64,000 nucleotides of DNA from an uncultured bacterium (GCA_964588285.1 CAZPNX010000001.1:143-64142), one strand, 5' to 3'; numbered from the stretch's first letter, positions 18,015 to 29,158 are shown. Numbers and translations: made by a program. Notes: generated from the sequence alone by a model not told the origin.

Positions 18015-19892
18015 ATGGAGAGATTCGAAAAAAGGCGCTGGTTTCTTTTTCTGGCAGATATCCTGCTGGTGAATTTGGCTCTGTGGCTGGCATTCGCTTT
18101 GCGATTCGAATGGGCCATCCCCGAGGTCTATCGGCCTTACTACTGGCAGATAGCGGTTTTCGTCACCCTTCTCAGGATAACGCTACTGGCGTTGCTAGGG
18201 CTTTATCGCGGTGTCTGGCGATACATCGGAATCAGCGACCTGATGGCCATCCTCAAGGCGGTCAGCCTGGGAACGGTGATGATGGCGGCTTCCGCTTTCC
18301 TGGCCAGGCGTTTGGATTACGCCTCCTGGGGATTGCCGCTGGAATGGCTGGAGGGCTATCCCCTGAGCGTGATGGTGGCCGAGTGGCTGGGAGCCATCAT
18401 CCTGATCGGTGGCCTGCGTCTGGGTCTGAGGCTACTGCAGCGGCACCGGGTGATTACCCGATACCGCCACCTGGAAAGGAAGCGGGTTTTGATCATCGGA
18501 GCAGGCGATGCCGGCGAAATGGTGGCCAGGCAGCTGCTGGCCCATCCCGAGTTCGGCTATCAGCCGGTTGGCTTTATCGACGACGATCCCCGCAAGCAAA
18601 ATAGGCGCATACACGGCCTGCCCATTATAGCCGGACGCGACCAGATATTCCAGGTGGTACTGGAACGCCGAGTGGAGGAGATCATTATCGCCATCCCCTC
18701 GGCCCCAGGCTCAGTTGTCCGGGAACTGGTGGAGCAGTGTCGTCGGGCCAAGCTCAAATTCAAGATCGTGCCCGGCATCAAGGACATCATCGAGGGGGAG
18801 GTCAGCCTCAGCCAGATCCGGGAGGTGGAGCTTGAGGATCTGTTGGGGCGCCAGCCGGTCAGCCTCAATATGGATGAGATCTCGGGTTATCTGACCGGAA
18901 AAAGAGTGCTGGTGAGCGGGGCCGGCGGCTCCATCGGAGCTGAGCTCTGTCGTCAGATAGCCGGTTTAGGACCGGAACGGTTGGTGATGTTGGGCAAGGG
19001 CGAGAACAGCCTCTACGAGATCGAGTATGAACTTACCCATCGCTTTAAGGGGCTTCCCCTGATAGCGGCGGTGGGGGATGTGGGCGACCGGGCGCGGATG
19101 GAACAAATCTTTGGAGAGTACCGGCCCCAAGTGGTATTTCATGCGGCCGCCCACAAGCATGTTCCCTTGATGGAAGCCAATCCCGGCGAGGCTGTTAAAA
19201 ACAACGTTTTCGGCACCAAAACGCTAGCCGAGGCCTCTATTGCGGCTGGTGTGGAACGCTTCGTATTCATCTCTACAGACAAGGCGGTCAATCCCACCAG
19301 CATTATGGGGGCCACCAAGCGGCTGGCCGAGGATGTGCTTTCCGCTTTGGAGGCTAAAGGCCGAACCAAGTTCATCACCGTCCGCTTCGGCAATGTGCTG
19401 GGCAGCCGCGGCAGCGTGGTGCCTCTCTTCAAGCGGCAGATCGCGGCCGGGGGGCCGGTCACCGTCACCCACCCGGAAGTGGAGCGCTATTTCATGACCA
19501 TCCCCGAGGCGGTGCAGCTGGTGATCCAAGCTGGGGCTATGGGCCGGGGCGGCGAGATCTTCGTCTTGGACATGGGCAAACCCGTCAAGATAGTGGATCT
19601 GGCCCGAGACCTGATAATCCTTTCCGGCTTGGAGCCGGAAACCGACATTTCCATCGAGTTCACCGGACTGCGGCCGGGAGAGAAACTCTATGAGGAATTG
19701 ATGACGGCCGAGGAGGGGGTAAACGCCACCAGACATTCCCAGATTTTCGTGGCCCGGGCCAGACGTTTCCAGCCGGGCCAACTCGACAAGATCCTGAAAC
19801 GTCTGGAGAATGCCTCACGTAGAGGACACCACAGACAGATCGTAAGCGCCCTGAAAAGCTGTCTTCCCAGCTATCGGCCGAGCGAAAAATGA
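18015..19892 (+). CDS. membrane-anchored UDP-N-acetylglucosamine 4,6-dehydratase (PglF/WbpM/CapD family)
   Basis: Four N-terminal TM helices, then two Rossmann domains: 'VLIIGAGDAGEMV' and 'VLVSGAGGSIGAELCRQI'; 'FISTDKAVNPTSIMGATKRLAE' catalytic region. Confidence 0.9.
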   Translation: MERFEKRRWFLFLADILLVNLALWLAFALRFEWAIPEVYRPYYWQIAVFVTLLRITLLALLGLYRGVWRYIGISDLMAILKAVSLGTVMMAASAFLARRLDYASWGLPLEWLEGYPLSVMVAEWLGAIILIGGLRLGLRLLQRHRVITRYRHLERKRVLIIGAGDAGEMVARQLLAHPEFGYQPVGFIDDDPRKQNRRIHGLPIIAGRDQIFQVVLERRVEEIIIAIPSAPGSVVRELVEQCRRAKLKFKIVPGIKDIIEGEVSLSQIREVELEDLLGRQPVSLNMDEISGYLTGKRVLVSGAGGSIGAELCRQIAGLGPERLVMLGKGENSLYEIEYELTHRFKGLPLIAAVGDVGDRARMEQIFGEYRPQVVFHAAAHKHVPLMEANPGEAVKNNVFGTKTLAEASIAAGVERFVFISTDKAVNPTSIMGATKRLAEDVLSALEAKGRTKFITVRFGNVLGSRGSVVPLFKRQIAAGGPVTVTHPEVERYFMTIPEAVQLVIQAGAMGRGGEIFVLDMGKPVKIVDLARDLIILSGLEPETDISIEFTGLRPGEKLYEELMTAEEGVNATRHSQIFVARARRFQPGQLDKILKRLENASRRGHHRQIVSALKSCLPSYRPSEK

Positions 19893-21085
19893 GCGACCGA
19901 GACGATTTTCTCCAAACAAGACGGCCTCTCAGACAAGAGATGCTGGCCTTTTCGCCTCCCGATATCAGCCAGGCCGAGATAGACGAAGTAGTAGATACCC
20001 TTCGCTCCGGATGGCTGACTACCGGGCCAAAAACCCAGAGGTTCGAGCGGGAATTCGCCGAATATGTAGGCGCCCGTTCCTGCCTGGGTCTGGGATCGGC
20101 CACGGCTGGGCTTTTTTTGGGTCTGAAAGCTTTGGGGGTTGGCTCGGGCGACGAGGTAATCACCACTCCCTACACCTTTGCCGCCACGGTCAATGTCATT
20201 CTTCACGTCGGGGCCAAGCCGGTGTTGGCCGACGTCAAGGAGCACGATTTCAACATCGACCCGGAGATGGTGGAGCGGGCGGTTACCTCGAGGACCAAGG
20301 CCCTCATCCCGGTTCATTTTGCCGGCCATCCCTGCGATATGGACGCCTTGGGAGAGATTGCGAAAAAAAACGGCTTGGTTGTTATCGAGGATGCTGCCCA
20401 TGCCGTCGGCGCCGAATACAAGGGCAAAAGGATCGGCTCCATAAGCCGGCTGACGGTCTTCAGTTTGCATGCCGTCAAGAACGTGACCACCGGCGAGGGG
20501 GGCATGGCGGCCTCGAACGATGACCAGCTTCTGCAGCGCCTGCGGGTTCTTTGCCTGCACGGCATGGACAAGGATGCCTGGTGCCGCTTCGCCCCGGGCG
20601 GAAAATGGAAGTACGACATCGTAGAGGCGGGCTACAAGTGCAACCTGATGGACATTCAATCGGCCATCGGCCTCCACCAGCTTAAGCGGGCCGAGAGCAT
20701 GCTGGCTCGGCGGCGGGAGATAGTTGCTCTTTATCGAAAACGTTTGGAGGGAGTGGAATATCTGAGGCTGCCGCCGGATGCCACAAACGGACGTCATGCC
20801 TGGCACCTGTTTCCGGTCATCATCGACTTCGACAAGCTAAGGTTAGATCGCGACGGCTTTATCGAACAGCTGGCGGCCAGGAAAATAACCGCCAACGTCC
20901 ATTATCAGCCGGTTCACCTATTCAGCTATTACCGAAGCCTGGGCTTTGCTCCCGGTGATTTTCCGGTAGCCGAGCGTCTGGCGCAAAACGAGGTCACCTT
21001 GCCGCTGTATACCCGGATGACCGATGAGGATGTTGAGGATGTGGCTGTTGCGGTCTGCGAGATCATCAAAGAGCATAGTAAATAA
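19889..21085 (+). CDS. DegT/DnrJ/EryC1/StrS-family PLP-dependent sugar aminotransferase (PglE/WbpE-like)
   Basis: 'DEVVDTLRSGWLTTGPKTQRFEREFAEYVGA', 'VIEDAAHAVGAEYKGKRIGS', and Lys in 'FSLHAVKNVT'. Confidence 0.9.
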   Translation: MSDRDDFLQTRRPLRQEMLAFSPPDISQAEIDEVVDTLRSGWLTTGPKTQRFEREFAEYVGARSCLGLGSATAGLFLGLKALGVGSGDEVITTPYTFAATVNVILHVGAKPVLADVKEHDFNIDPEMVERAVTSRTKALIPVHFAGHPCDMDALGEIAKKNGLVVIEDAAHAVGAEYKGKRIGSISRLTVFSLHAVKNVTTGEGGMAASNDDQLLQRLRVLCLHGMDKDAWCRFAPGGKWKYDIVEAGYKCNLMDIQSAIGLHQLKRAESMLARRREIVALYRKRLEGVEYLRLPPDATNGRHAWHLFPVIIDFDKLRLDRDGFIEQLAARKITANVHYQPVHLFSYYRSLGFAPGDFPVAERLAQNEVTLPLYTRMTDEDVEDVAVAVCEIIKEHSK

Positions 21086-21100
21086 ATAAAAGGATCAAAA

Positions 21101-21676
21101 ATGTCCGACTACTTCGTCCATCAGAGCGCCTTTGTCGACGAGCCGGTGGAGATAGGCGCCGGCACCAAGATCTGGCATTTCTGCCACGTCTCCAAGGGTG
21201 CCAAAATCGGAAAAGCATGTTCGTTGGGCCAGAACGTCTATGTGGGCAGCCGGGTGGTCATTGGTAACAACTGCAAGATTCAAAATAATGTCTCGGTTTA
21301 CGACCTGGTGACTTTGGAGGACGATGTTTTCTGCGGGCCATCCATGGTGTTCACCAACGACATGAACCCACGGGCGGCATTTCCCAAAGGGGGAAAGTGG
21401 ATACCGACTTTGGTCAAAAAGGGCGCCAGCTTGGGAGCCAATTGCACCATCGTCTGCGGCATCACCATCGGCAGCCATGCCTTTGTGGCCGCCGGCTCCT
21501 TGGTGCGCAAGGACGTGCCGGACTACGCGGTGGTGGCCGGGGTCCCTTCGAGAATAATAGGCTGGATGTGCCAGTGCGGGGGAAGGCTCAATTTCGAAAA
21601 GTCCGACCAGGAGGCCTGCGCACTTTGTCAGAGGAAATATCATAAGAGCGGAGATAAGGTCTCCATTGTTGATTGA
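21101..21676 (+). CDS. left-handed beta-helix (hexapeptide) sugar N-acetyltransferase, PglD/WbpD-like, with C-terminal Cys4 tail
   Basis: Tandem hexapeptide repeats ('IGAGTKIWHFCHVSKGAKIGKACSLGQNVYVGSRVVIGNNCKI'); C-terminal 'CQCGG...CALCQ'. Confidence 0.8.
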   Translation: MSDYFVHQSAFVDEPVEIGAGTKIWHFCHVSKGAKIGKACSLGQNVYVGSRVVIGNNCKIQNNVSVYDLVTLEDDVFCGPSMVFTNDMNPRAAFPKGGKWIPTLVKKGASLGANCTIVCGITIGSHAFVAAGSLVRKDVPDYAVVAGVPSRIIGWMCQCGGRLNFEKSDQEACALCQRKYHKSGDKVSIVD

Positions 21677-21732
21677 GCGATACAATTCAACAAACCAACG
21701 GCGATTGTTGGAAATAGTCTGATAGATTTTAT

Positions 21733-22803
21733 ATGTCCTTTGCCGAATTGGATGAAACCCGACGTCTGGAATGGGACCGTTCCGACATGGGAAGCCTGCT
21801 GGCGCAGTTCTCCCACCAGTGCCGACAGGCGATGGAGATAGGCTCTAATTTTCGCGCGGGGATGGCATCCGGCAAACCCCGCTGTGCCCTAGTCTGCGGC
21901 ATGGGCGGGTCGGCCATCGCTGGGGATGTGGCTGCGTCCTGGGCCGAAAGAACATTGGCCGGCCCCCTTTTGGTCCATCGCAACTACGACCTGCCGCACT
22001 GGGCTGGCCCCGAAGATCTGGTGGTAACCAGCAGCTATTCGGGAGACACCGAGGAAACGCTATCCTCCTATGCCAGAGCACGCCAGGTCGGAGCCGAAAT
22101 ATTGGCCATCACCACCGGCGGAGAGCTGGCGAGGAGGTGTGCGGCTGACGGCGTTCCCTTGATAAAAATACCGGGCGGCATGCCGCCGCGCTGCGCCTTC
22201 GGTTTTTCTTTTTTTACCCTGATCCATGCTTTGGCTGATCGCCATGTTATTGAAATCGGCCAAAACCAGTTATCCGAAGCAATAGAGACGTTGGAGCGGC
22301 TATCACAGGAATGCCATTGGTCGACAGCCGAGCATACCAACCAGGCAAAACAGATCGCCCGGCATCTGGAGAAATCCTTGCCGGTGATCTATGCCTCAGC
22401 CGATCTTTTGGGACCGGCGGCCAGGCGCTGGGCCAACCAGATTAATGAAAATGCCAAGCAGCCGTCGTATGCCGCATTTTTCCCGGAGCTTTGCCATAAT
22501 GAGATAGTGGGATGGGATCTTGGCGAGGGACCGGCCAAGGGGATGTCGGTGGTGATGCTGGGAGATCCCGACGATCATAGACGCAACGTTATCAGGTCCC
22601 AAGCGGTGGCCGAGCTGGTGGGAGACGCGGCCCGGGCGGTATTAAGGCTTGAGGGCAAGGGACAAGGGCTGCTGGCCCGGATGCTATACCTGATACATCT
22701 GGGGGACTGGGTGAGCTATTATCTGGCTTGGTTGAACCGAGTAGACCCCACCCCCATTGGGCCGATCGTAAAACTGAAGAACATCCTCAAGGAAGCGAAA
22801 TGA
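21733..22803 (+). CDS. bifunctional phosphoglucose/phosphomannose isomerase family protein (SIS domain)
   Basis: SIS motif 'ALVCGMGGSAIAGDVAASW'; ~350 aa is the typical size for the PGI/PMI family. Confidence 0.7.
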   Translation: MSFAELDETRRLEWDRSDMGSLLAQFSHQCRQAMEIGSNFRAGMASGKPRCALVCGMGGSAIAGDVAASWAERTLAGPLLVHRNYDLPHWAGPEDLVVTSSYSGDTEETLSSYARARQVGAEILAITTGGELARRCAADGVPLIKIPGGMPPRCAFGFSFFTLIHALADRHVIEIGQNQLSEAIETLERLSQECHWSTAEHTNQAKQIARHLEKSLPVIYASADLLGPAARRWANQINENAKQPSYAAFFPELCHNEIVGWDLGEGPAKGMSVVMLGDPDDHRRNVIRSQAVAELVGDAARAVLRLEGKGQGLLARMLYLIHLGDWVSYYLAWLNRVDPTPIGPIVKLKNILKEAK

Positions 22804-23777
22804 AGGCGATCATACCGGTGGCCGGGGCCGGGACCAGGCTGCGGCCGCACACCCACAGCACCCCCAAGGTGCTGATCGAGCTGGCCGGCAAGCCCATCAT
22901 CGGACACATCCTGTCCCAGCTGGAAGGCCTGCCCATCGACGAAGTGGTGATGGTGGTGGGGCAAAAGGGAGAGATGATCAAAGATTACGTCGACGCCCAC
23001 TACAAGATCAAAACCTCCTTTATAATACAGGAGGAAGCCAAGGGACTGGGCGACGCCATCTACCTCACCAAAGCAGCGGTGGGCAAAGATGCGGCGCTTA
23101 TTATTCTGGGGGACACCATCTTCAAGGCCGACTTCGGCTCACTGCTGGACAAGCCCACCAGCCTGATCGGGGTCAAAGAGGTGGAGGATCCCAGGAGGTT
23201 CGGAGTGGTGGAGCTGGAGGGCCGGCGGATAACCCGGCTGGTGGAGAAGCCCGAGCACCCAAAAAGCAAACTGGCTATCGTCGGTATTTACCTGATAAAG
23301 GAAACGGCCGGACTCTACCAGGCCATCGAAACCCTTTACCACCGCAAATTACGCACCAAAGGAGAATACCAACTGACCGACGCTCTCCAAGTGATGCTGG
23401 AACAGGGCACCGAGATGGAGGCTTTTCCGGTTGAAGGCTGGTTCGACTGCGGCAAGCCGGAGACCCTGCTGGAGACCAACCGCCAGCTGTTGGAGATGGC
23501 GGGCGACGTTGCGCCGTCTTACCCGGGCTCGGTGATCATCCCTCCGGTGTTCATCGATCCCAGCGTAAAAATCGAACATTCCATTGTCGGCCCCCATGTC
23601 TCCATCGCTGCCGGAAGCCAGATCAAGCAGACGGTGGTCAGCAACACCATCATCGGCGGCAATGTTCTGGTGGAGCGGGCCCTGCTACAAGGTTCTCTGC
23701 TGGGAGACAACGCCACCGTTAGGGGCAAGCTGGGAAGGCTCAACGTGGGGGACGACTCGGAGGTGGATATTTATTAA
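22800..23777 (+). CDS. sugar-1-phosphate nucleotidyltransferase with C-terminal hexapeptide domain (RmlA/ManC-like)
   Basis: 'MKAIIPVAGAGTRLRPHTHSTPKVL' (G-x-G-T-R-L NTP-transferase motif); C-terminal LbH repeats. ATGA overlap with the upstream gene. Confidence 0.8.
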   Translation: MKAIIPVAGAGTRLRPHTHSTPKVLIELAGKPIIGHILSQLEGLPIDEVVMVVGQKGEMIKDYVDAHYKIKTSFIIQEEAKGLGDAIYLTKAAVGKDAALIILGDTIFKADFGSLLDKPTSLIGVKEVEDPRRFGVVELEGRRITRLVEKPEHPKSKLAIVGIYLIKETAGLYQAIETLYHRKLRTKGEYQLTDALQVMLEQGTEMEAFPVEGWFDCGKPETLLETNRQLLEMAGDVAPSYPGSVIIPPVFIDPSVKIEHSIVGPHVSIAAGSQIKQTVVSNTIIGGNVLVERALLQGSLLGDNATVRGKLGRLNVGDDSEVDIY

Positions 23778-23893
23778 TTAATCTCACACAGATGATATCA
23801 ATAAAAACAGTTTTTCGCCGATCAACATTTCTTGAATAATATTCCTGTAAATACATGTATTAAATAAGCATATCAAACACGAAAGGCAAACAC

Positions 23894-25039
23894 ATGATTG
23901 AAAAAAGGCTTCTGACCTCGGAGTCGGTGACCGAGGGCCACCCCGACAAGATGTGCGACCAGATATCCGACGCCATCTTGGACGCCATCCTGGACAACGA
24001 CCCCAACGGCCGGGTGGCCTGCGAGACCCTGGTGACCACCGGGCTGGTGATGGTGGCCGGCGAGATCTCCACCTCGGCCTACATCGACATCCCGGGCCTG
24101 GTGCGGGAAACGGTCAAGGAGATCGGCTACACCGACGCCAAGAGCGGGCTGGACTACGAGACCTGCGGCGTCATTACCGCCATCCAGGAGCAGTCGTCGG
24201 ACATCGCCCTGGGGGTGAACACCGGCGGAGCCGGGGACCAGGGGATGATGTTCGGCTTCGCCTGCAACGAGACCCCGGAGCTGATGCCCATGCCCATCAT
24301 GATGGCCCACAAGCTCTGCCGCCGGCTGACCGAGGTGCGCAAGTCCGGGACCATGGACTACCTGCGCCCCGACGGCAAGTCCCAGGTGACGGTGGAGTAC
24401 GACAACGGGAAGCCCAAGAGGATCGACACCATCATCATCTCCGCCCAGCACCATCCCGACGTCCCCGAGGCCAGGGTGAAGAAGGACGTTGTAAAGCACG
24501 TCATCGCCCGGGTGGTCGACAAAAAGCTGATGGACGACAAGACCAAGATCCTGGTCAATCCCACCGGTCGCTTCGTCATCGGCGGGCCCCAGGGCGACTC
24601 AGGCCTGACCGGCCGCAAGATCATCGTCGACACCTATGGCGGGCTGGGGCGGCACGGCGGCGGCTGCTTCTCGGGCAAGGATCCCACCAAGGTCGACCGA
24701 TCGGCCGCCTACGCCGCCCGCTATATAGCCAAGAACGTGGTGGCTGCCGGACTGGCGGAGCGCTGCGAAATCCAGCTGGCCTATGCCATCGGCGTGGCCG
24801 ATCCGGTGTCCATCGCCGTCGATACCTTCGGCACCGGCCGGGCCGACGAGGCCAGGCTGTGCAAGGCCATCCGCCAGCACTTCGACCTGACGCCGCACGG
24901 GATAATTGACATGCTTAAATTGAAACGGCCCATCTACCGGCGGACCGCTGCTTACGGGCACTTTGGGCGTGAGGAGGAGGGCTTCACCTGGGAGAAGACC
25001 GACGTGGCCGCCAAGCTGAAAGCGGCGTTAAAGAAGTAA
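23894..25039 (+). CDS. metK: S-adenosylmethionine synthetase
   Basis: '[18 protein letters not shown]', '[12 protein letters not shown]', '[28 protein letters not shown]' are canonical MetK motifs. Confidence 0.95.
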   Translation: MIEKRLLTSESVTEGHPDKMCDQISDAILDAILDNDPNGRVACETLVTTGLVMVAGEISTSAYIDIPGLVRETVKEIGYTDAKSGLDYETCGVITAIQEQSSDIALGVNTGGAGDQGMMFGFACNETPELMPMPIMMAHKLCRRLTEVRKSGTMDYLRPDGKSQVTVEYDNGKPKRIDTIIISAQHHPDVPEARVKKDVVKHVIARVVDKKLMDDKTKILVNPTGRFVIGGPQGDSGLTGRKIIVDTYGGLGRHGGGCFSGKDPTKVDRSAAYAARYIAKNVVAAGLAERCEIQLAYAIGVADPVSIAVDTFGTGRADEARLCKAIRQHFDLTPHGIIDMLKLKRPIYRRTAAYGHFGREEEGFTWEKTDVAAKLKAALKK

Positions 25040-25140
25040 CGAAAATTCACCACAAAGACACCAAGGCACTAATCCGGATAAATTTCGTATCTTTGCGCCT
25101 TGGTGGTTAACCCCGGTTCCAACCGGATTAGGAGATTTGA
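25040..25140 (+). ncRNA. candidate structured 5' leader of ahcY (pseudoknot-like; possible SAH-responsive element)
   Basis: Two interleaved perfect 9-bp helices: 25059-25067 with 25097-25105, and 25069-25077 with 25123-25131. The second overlaps the SD 'AGGAG' (25130-25134) of ahcY. Confidence 0.35.
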
Positions 25141-26397
<1,257 letters not shown>

Positions 26398-26659
26398 AAG
26401 CGAAGGTGCGAAACTGAGAAGTTGAGAGAATAAAATGGGTGGGTCCCCGCCGCCAGGAAGAACCCGCCCTAACCCATCTTACAGGGAGAATATCTAGCAG
26501 ACGCCTGAATGTAGGTTGTCCCGGCATCGTCAGACGAAACGATGGCACCGGAGCCAGAAGGCCCGGTGAAGGGACGGCCTATATTCAGGCGTATTTTTTG
26601 GCATCAGGCCGGAATTATCCGGGCAGATGTTGGGCCCGGCTCTTTGAACCAGAATCCGT

Positions 26660-27742
26660 TTACTTGGGAGCCCGGTGGAGCAGCCAGGCGCCCACCATTC
26701 CAAATACCAAGTTGGGCAGCCAGGCCGCCAGCAGGGGTGAGAGGGAGCCGCCGTGTCCTAAGGCCCGTCCCGTCTGGAGGATGCCCCAGAAGGCAAAACA
26801 GATGAGCATGGAGACGGCAAAGCTGAGGGCGGCCCCGCTGCGGCGGGCATTGGCCATAAGAGGAAGGCCGAACAGCAGGATAATAAGGTTGGCGAAGGGA
26901 AAAGAGAGCTTGAGATAGAGGTCGACCACCGGCCGACGGACGTCCCCACCGGAGCGGCGAATGCGGTCAATATATTTGCGCAGCTCGAAAAAGCCCATCT
27001 CATCGGGTAGCAGCACCGGCTCCACAAAGTCGGCCGGAGTTTCCGGGCAATCCTCCAACACCAGGCTGGCCAGGCTGTCGGCCTGCTCCGAGCCGTCGGG
27101 TCCGAAGCGGCGGCGGATGACCCCCGAGAGAACCCAGCGTCCTTCCCGCCATACCCCCCGGCCTGCGTCGAGGCGCAGCACGATGTTGTGGTTTTTGTCC
27201 AGCTGCAGCAGGCTGAGGGAATCCATCACCCCGCGGTCAGCGTCAAGGCGCTTGATGTAGTATTGGCGGCCCTGAGCTCCGTCGTATAGGAAATGATGGC
27301 GAAGGCTGCGGTCCACCTGAGCTTCCTGGCGGATGCGACGGCGCTCCAGCTCTCCCTTGAGCCGGTTGGTGGCCGGTATCAGGGTCTCGCCCACCGTCAG
27401 GGTGGCCAAGCTGACGGCCAAGCCCAGCAGGAAAAGGGGCAGAAAGATGCGGTAGAGGTGAAGGCCGGCCGCCTTCATGGAGATCATCTCATTATGGCGG
27501 GCCAGAGACCCGGTGACGGCCATGCTGGCCAGAAGCATGGCCACCGGCATCACCAGAACCGTGATGTAGGGGATCTGATAAAGATAATAGAGAAACGCCA
27601 GGGAGACGGTCACCCTGTGGTCTATTAAAAAATCGAGCTTTTCGAAAACATCCACCAGGACGAATATCAAAATGAAGGCCAACAGGCTGAAAAGCAGGGC
27701 CTGGAGAAATTCGGCTAGCAGATAGCGGTCTAAAAGTTTCAT
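26660..27742 (-). CDS. lptG: LptF/LptG-family LPS export permease (YjgP/YjgQ)
   Basis: 'MKLLDRYLLAEFLQALLFSLLAFILIFVLVDVF' is the family N-terminus; 6 TM plus a periplasmic beta-jellyroll insert. Assignment as G rather than F is by gene order only. Confidence 0.8.
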   Translation of the reverse strand: MKLLDRYLLAEFLQALLFSLLAFILIFVLVDVFEKLDFLIDHRVTVSLAFLYYLYQIPYITVLVMPVAMLLASMAVTGSLARHNEMISMKAAGLHLYRIFLPLFLLGLAVSLATLTVGETLIPATNRLKGELERRRIRQEAQVDRSLRHHFLYDGAQGRQYYIKRLDADRGVMDSLSLLQLDKNHNIVLRLDAGRGVWREGRWVLSGVIRRRFGPDGSEQADSLASLVLEDCPETPADFVEPVLLPDEMGFFELRKYIDRIRRSGGDVRRPVVDLYLKLSFPFANLIILLFGLPLMANARRSGAALSFAVSMLICFAFWGILQTGRALGHGGSLSPLLAAWLPNLVFGMVGAWLLHRAPK

Positions 27743-27743
27743 C

Positions 27744-28979
27744 TCAAAGATCTCCTTGTCCGGAACGGGTGCGGCGCCGAACCAGCCTCAGTTCCCATTG
27801 CTGCTTCAGGGTCAAAGCCAGGCCGCAGCAACCCAATATGATATTGGCCGCCCACATGGCCAGAACCGGAGACATCAGCTGTCGATCGGCCAGCTCTTCG
27901 CCGCCGATGAGGCAGGCCCAGTAAAGCAGGAAGAAAGCCAGGGACAGCCCGGCGCTGACGCCGAAGCCACCCCGCCGGGTAACGACACCTAAAGAGGCCC
28001 CCAACAGGACAAAGACGATGCAGGCGGCCGGGATGGCCAGCTTTTTCTGAATCTCAACCTCCAGGCTTCTTTTCTGGCGACACTGGCTCTTGATGTCGTT
28101 TTCCAGCTGCTGACGTTGCCAGTCCGCCGATGGGCCGGCTCCGGAAAGCTGGGCGCGCAGCGGAGCCACCTGGCTGTCGATTTTAGCGATGGCTTGGCGC
28201 ATCATGGCGATGGACATCTCGCGGTCTCCCCGATGCTCCCGGACTTGATGCCGAATCTTATCGTCCAGAGGTAGGTTGATGGTGTGGCGGGAGAAACTCA
28301 TGCGGTGGTAGCGGCCGGGATCGCCGGCGTCCAGTTCGTGGATCTCGCCCCGGGACAACTCCAGGCGCAGTACGTTAAGATCGGGCAGGGATATCAGCCG
28401 GCCTTTTTCGGCGATGATGGTGCGGGGAGTGGCGCCCACCCCCTGCTCGTAGATGGTGATGCCGTAAAGTTGGGATTTGGCCTCATCCACTCGCCGAATG
28501 AGAATGTTATAGCCGGGGAAGTCGCTGATAAAGGCGTTTTCCTGAAGCTTGACGGCCGGCTTGGCCTGGTGGATGTCCATCAGAAGATTTTTGAAGGCGT
28601 GGTTGGCTTCGGGCAGCACCCGGTCGGAAAACCAGAAAAGGCCCAGGCAGATCAGGACCGAGGCCATTCCGGGGAAGGCCAGCAGCCTGGCAAAAGAAAC
28701 ACCGCTGGAGCGCAGGGCGGTGAACTCGTTGTCCTGGGTGAGGCGGCCGAAGGTCATCAGCACCGACACCAGCACCGCCATGGGCACAGTCAGGGCGACG
28801 ATGTTGGGTAGGCCCAGGCCGAAAAGCTTTATCACCAAGCCCAGAGGTACCTTCTTGTTGACGAACAGGTTGATCAGCTCGAACAGCCGATCCATCAGCA
28901 AGATGAAGGTGCACACCGACAATGCCAGCAGGAAAGGCGCCAGGTGTTCGCGAAGCAGGTAGCGATCTATAATGCGCAA
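27744..28979 (-). CDS. lptF: LptF/LptG-family LPS export permease (YjgP/YjgQ)
   Basis: 'MRIIDRYLLREHLAPFLLALSVCTFILLMDRLFE'; tandem with the paralogue downstream. Confidence 0.8.
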   Translation of the reverse strand: MRIIDRYLLREHLAPFLLALSVCTFILLMDRLFELINLFVNKKVPLGLVIKLFGLGLPNIVALTVPMAVLVSVLMTFGRLTQDNEFTALRSSGVSFARLLAFPGMASVLICLGLFWFSDRVLPEANHAFKNLLMDIHQAKPAVKLQENAFISDFPGYNILIRRVDEAKSQLYGITIYEQGVGATPRTIIAEKGRLISLPDLNVLRLELSRGEIHELDAGDPGRYHRMSFSRHTINLPLDDKIRHQVREHRGDREMSIAMMRQAIAKIDSQVAPLRAQLSGAGPSADWQRQQLENDIKSQCRQKRSLEVEIQKKLAIPAACIVFVLLGASLGVVTRRGGFGVSAGLSLAFFLLYWACLIGGEELADRQLMSPVLAMWAANIILGCCGLALTLKQQWELRLVRRRTRSGQGDL

Positions 28980-29158
28980 GGGTCGAATATCTTTTGATTC
29001 ACGGATGCAAAGAGATATTTGATTTTTCAGGTATCGTCAGAGCGGGCCGGATCAAGGTAACCGGGCACGGGCCTTACATCCATAATATTAACCTTTATCG
29101 GCTGAAATATCAAGATTTATCTGTTGCCATCAACTGGCGGGTATGATAAACTAAAGCC

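Noticed and set aside
23778-23893. Possible SAM riboswitch upstream of metK
   Set aside because: The 115-nt leader is AT-rich and shows no extended helices or the conserved SAM-I/SAM-II core features. It is more likely just a promoter region.
29124-29152. Sigma-70-like promoter (TTGCCA-17-TAAACT) for the giant OMP gene
   Set aside because: The -10 hexamer would end only 6 nt before the ATG, leaving no room for a normal 5' UTR/SD. It is possibly a leaderless mRNA but too weak to call.
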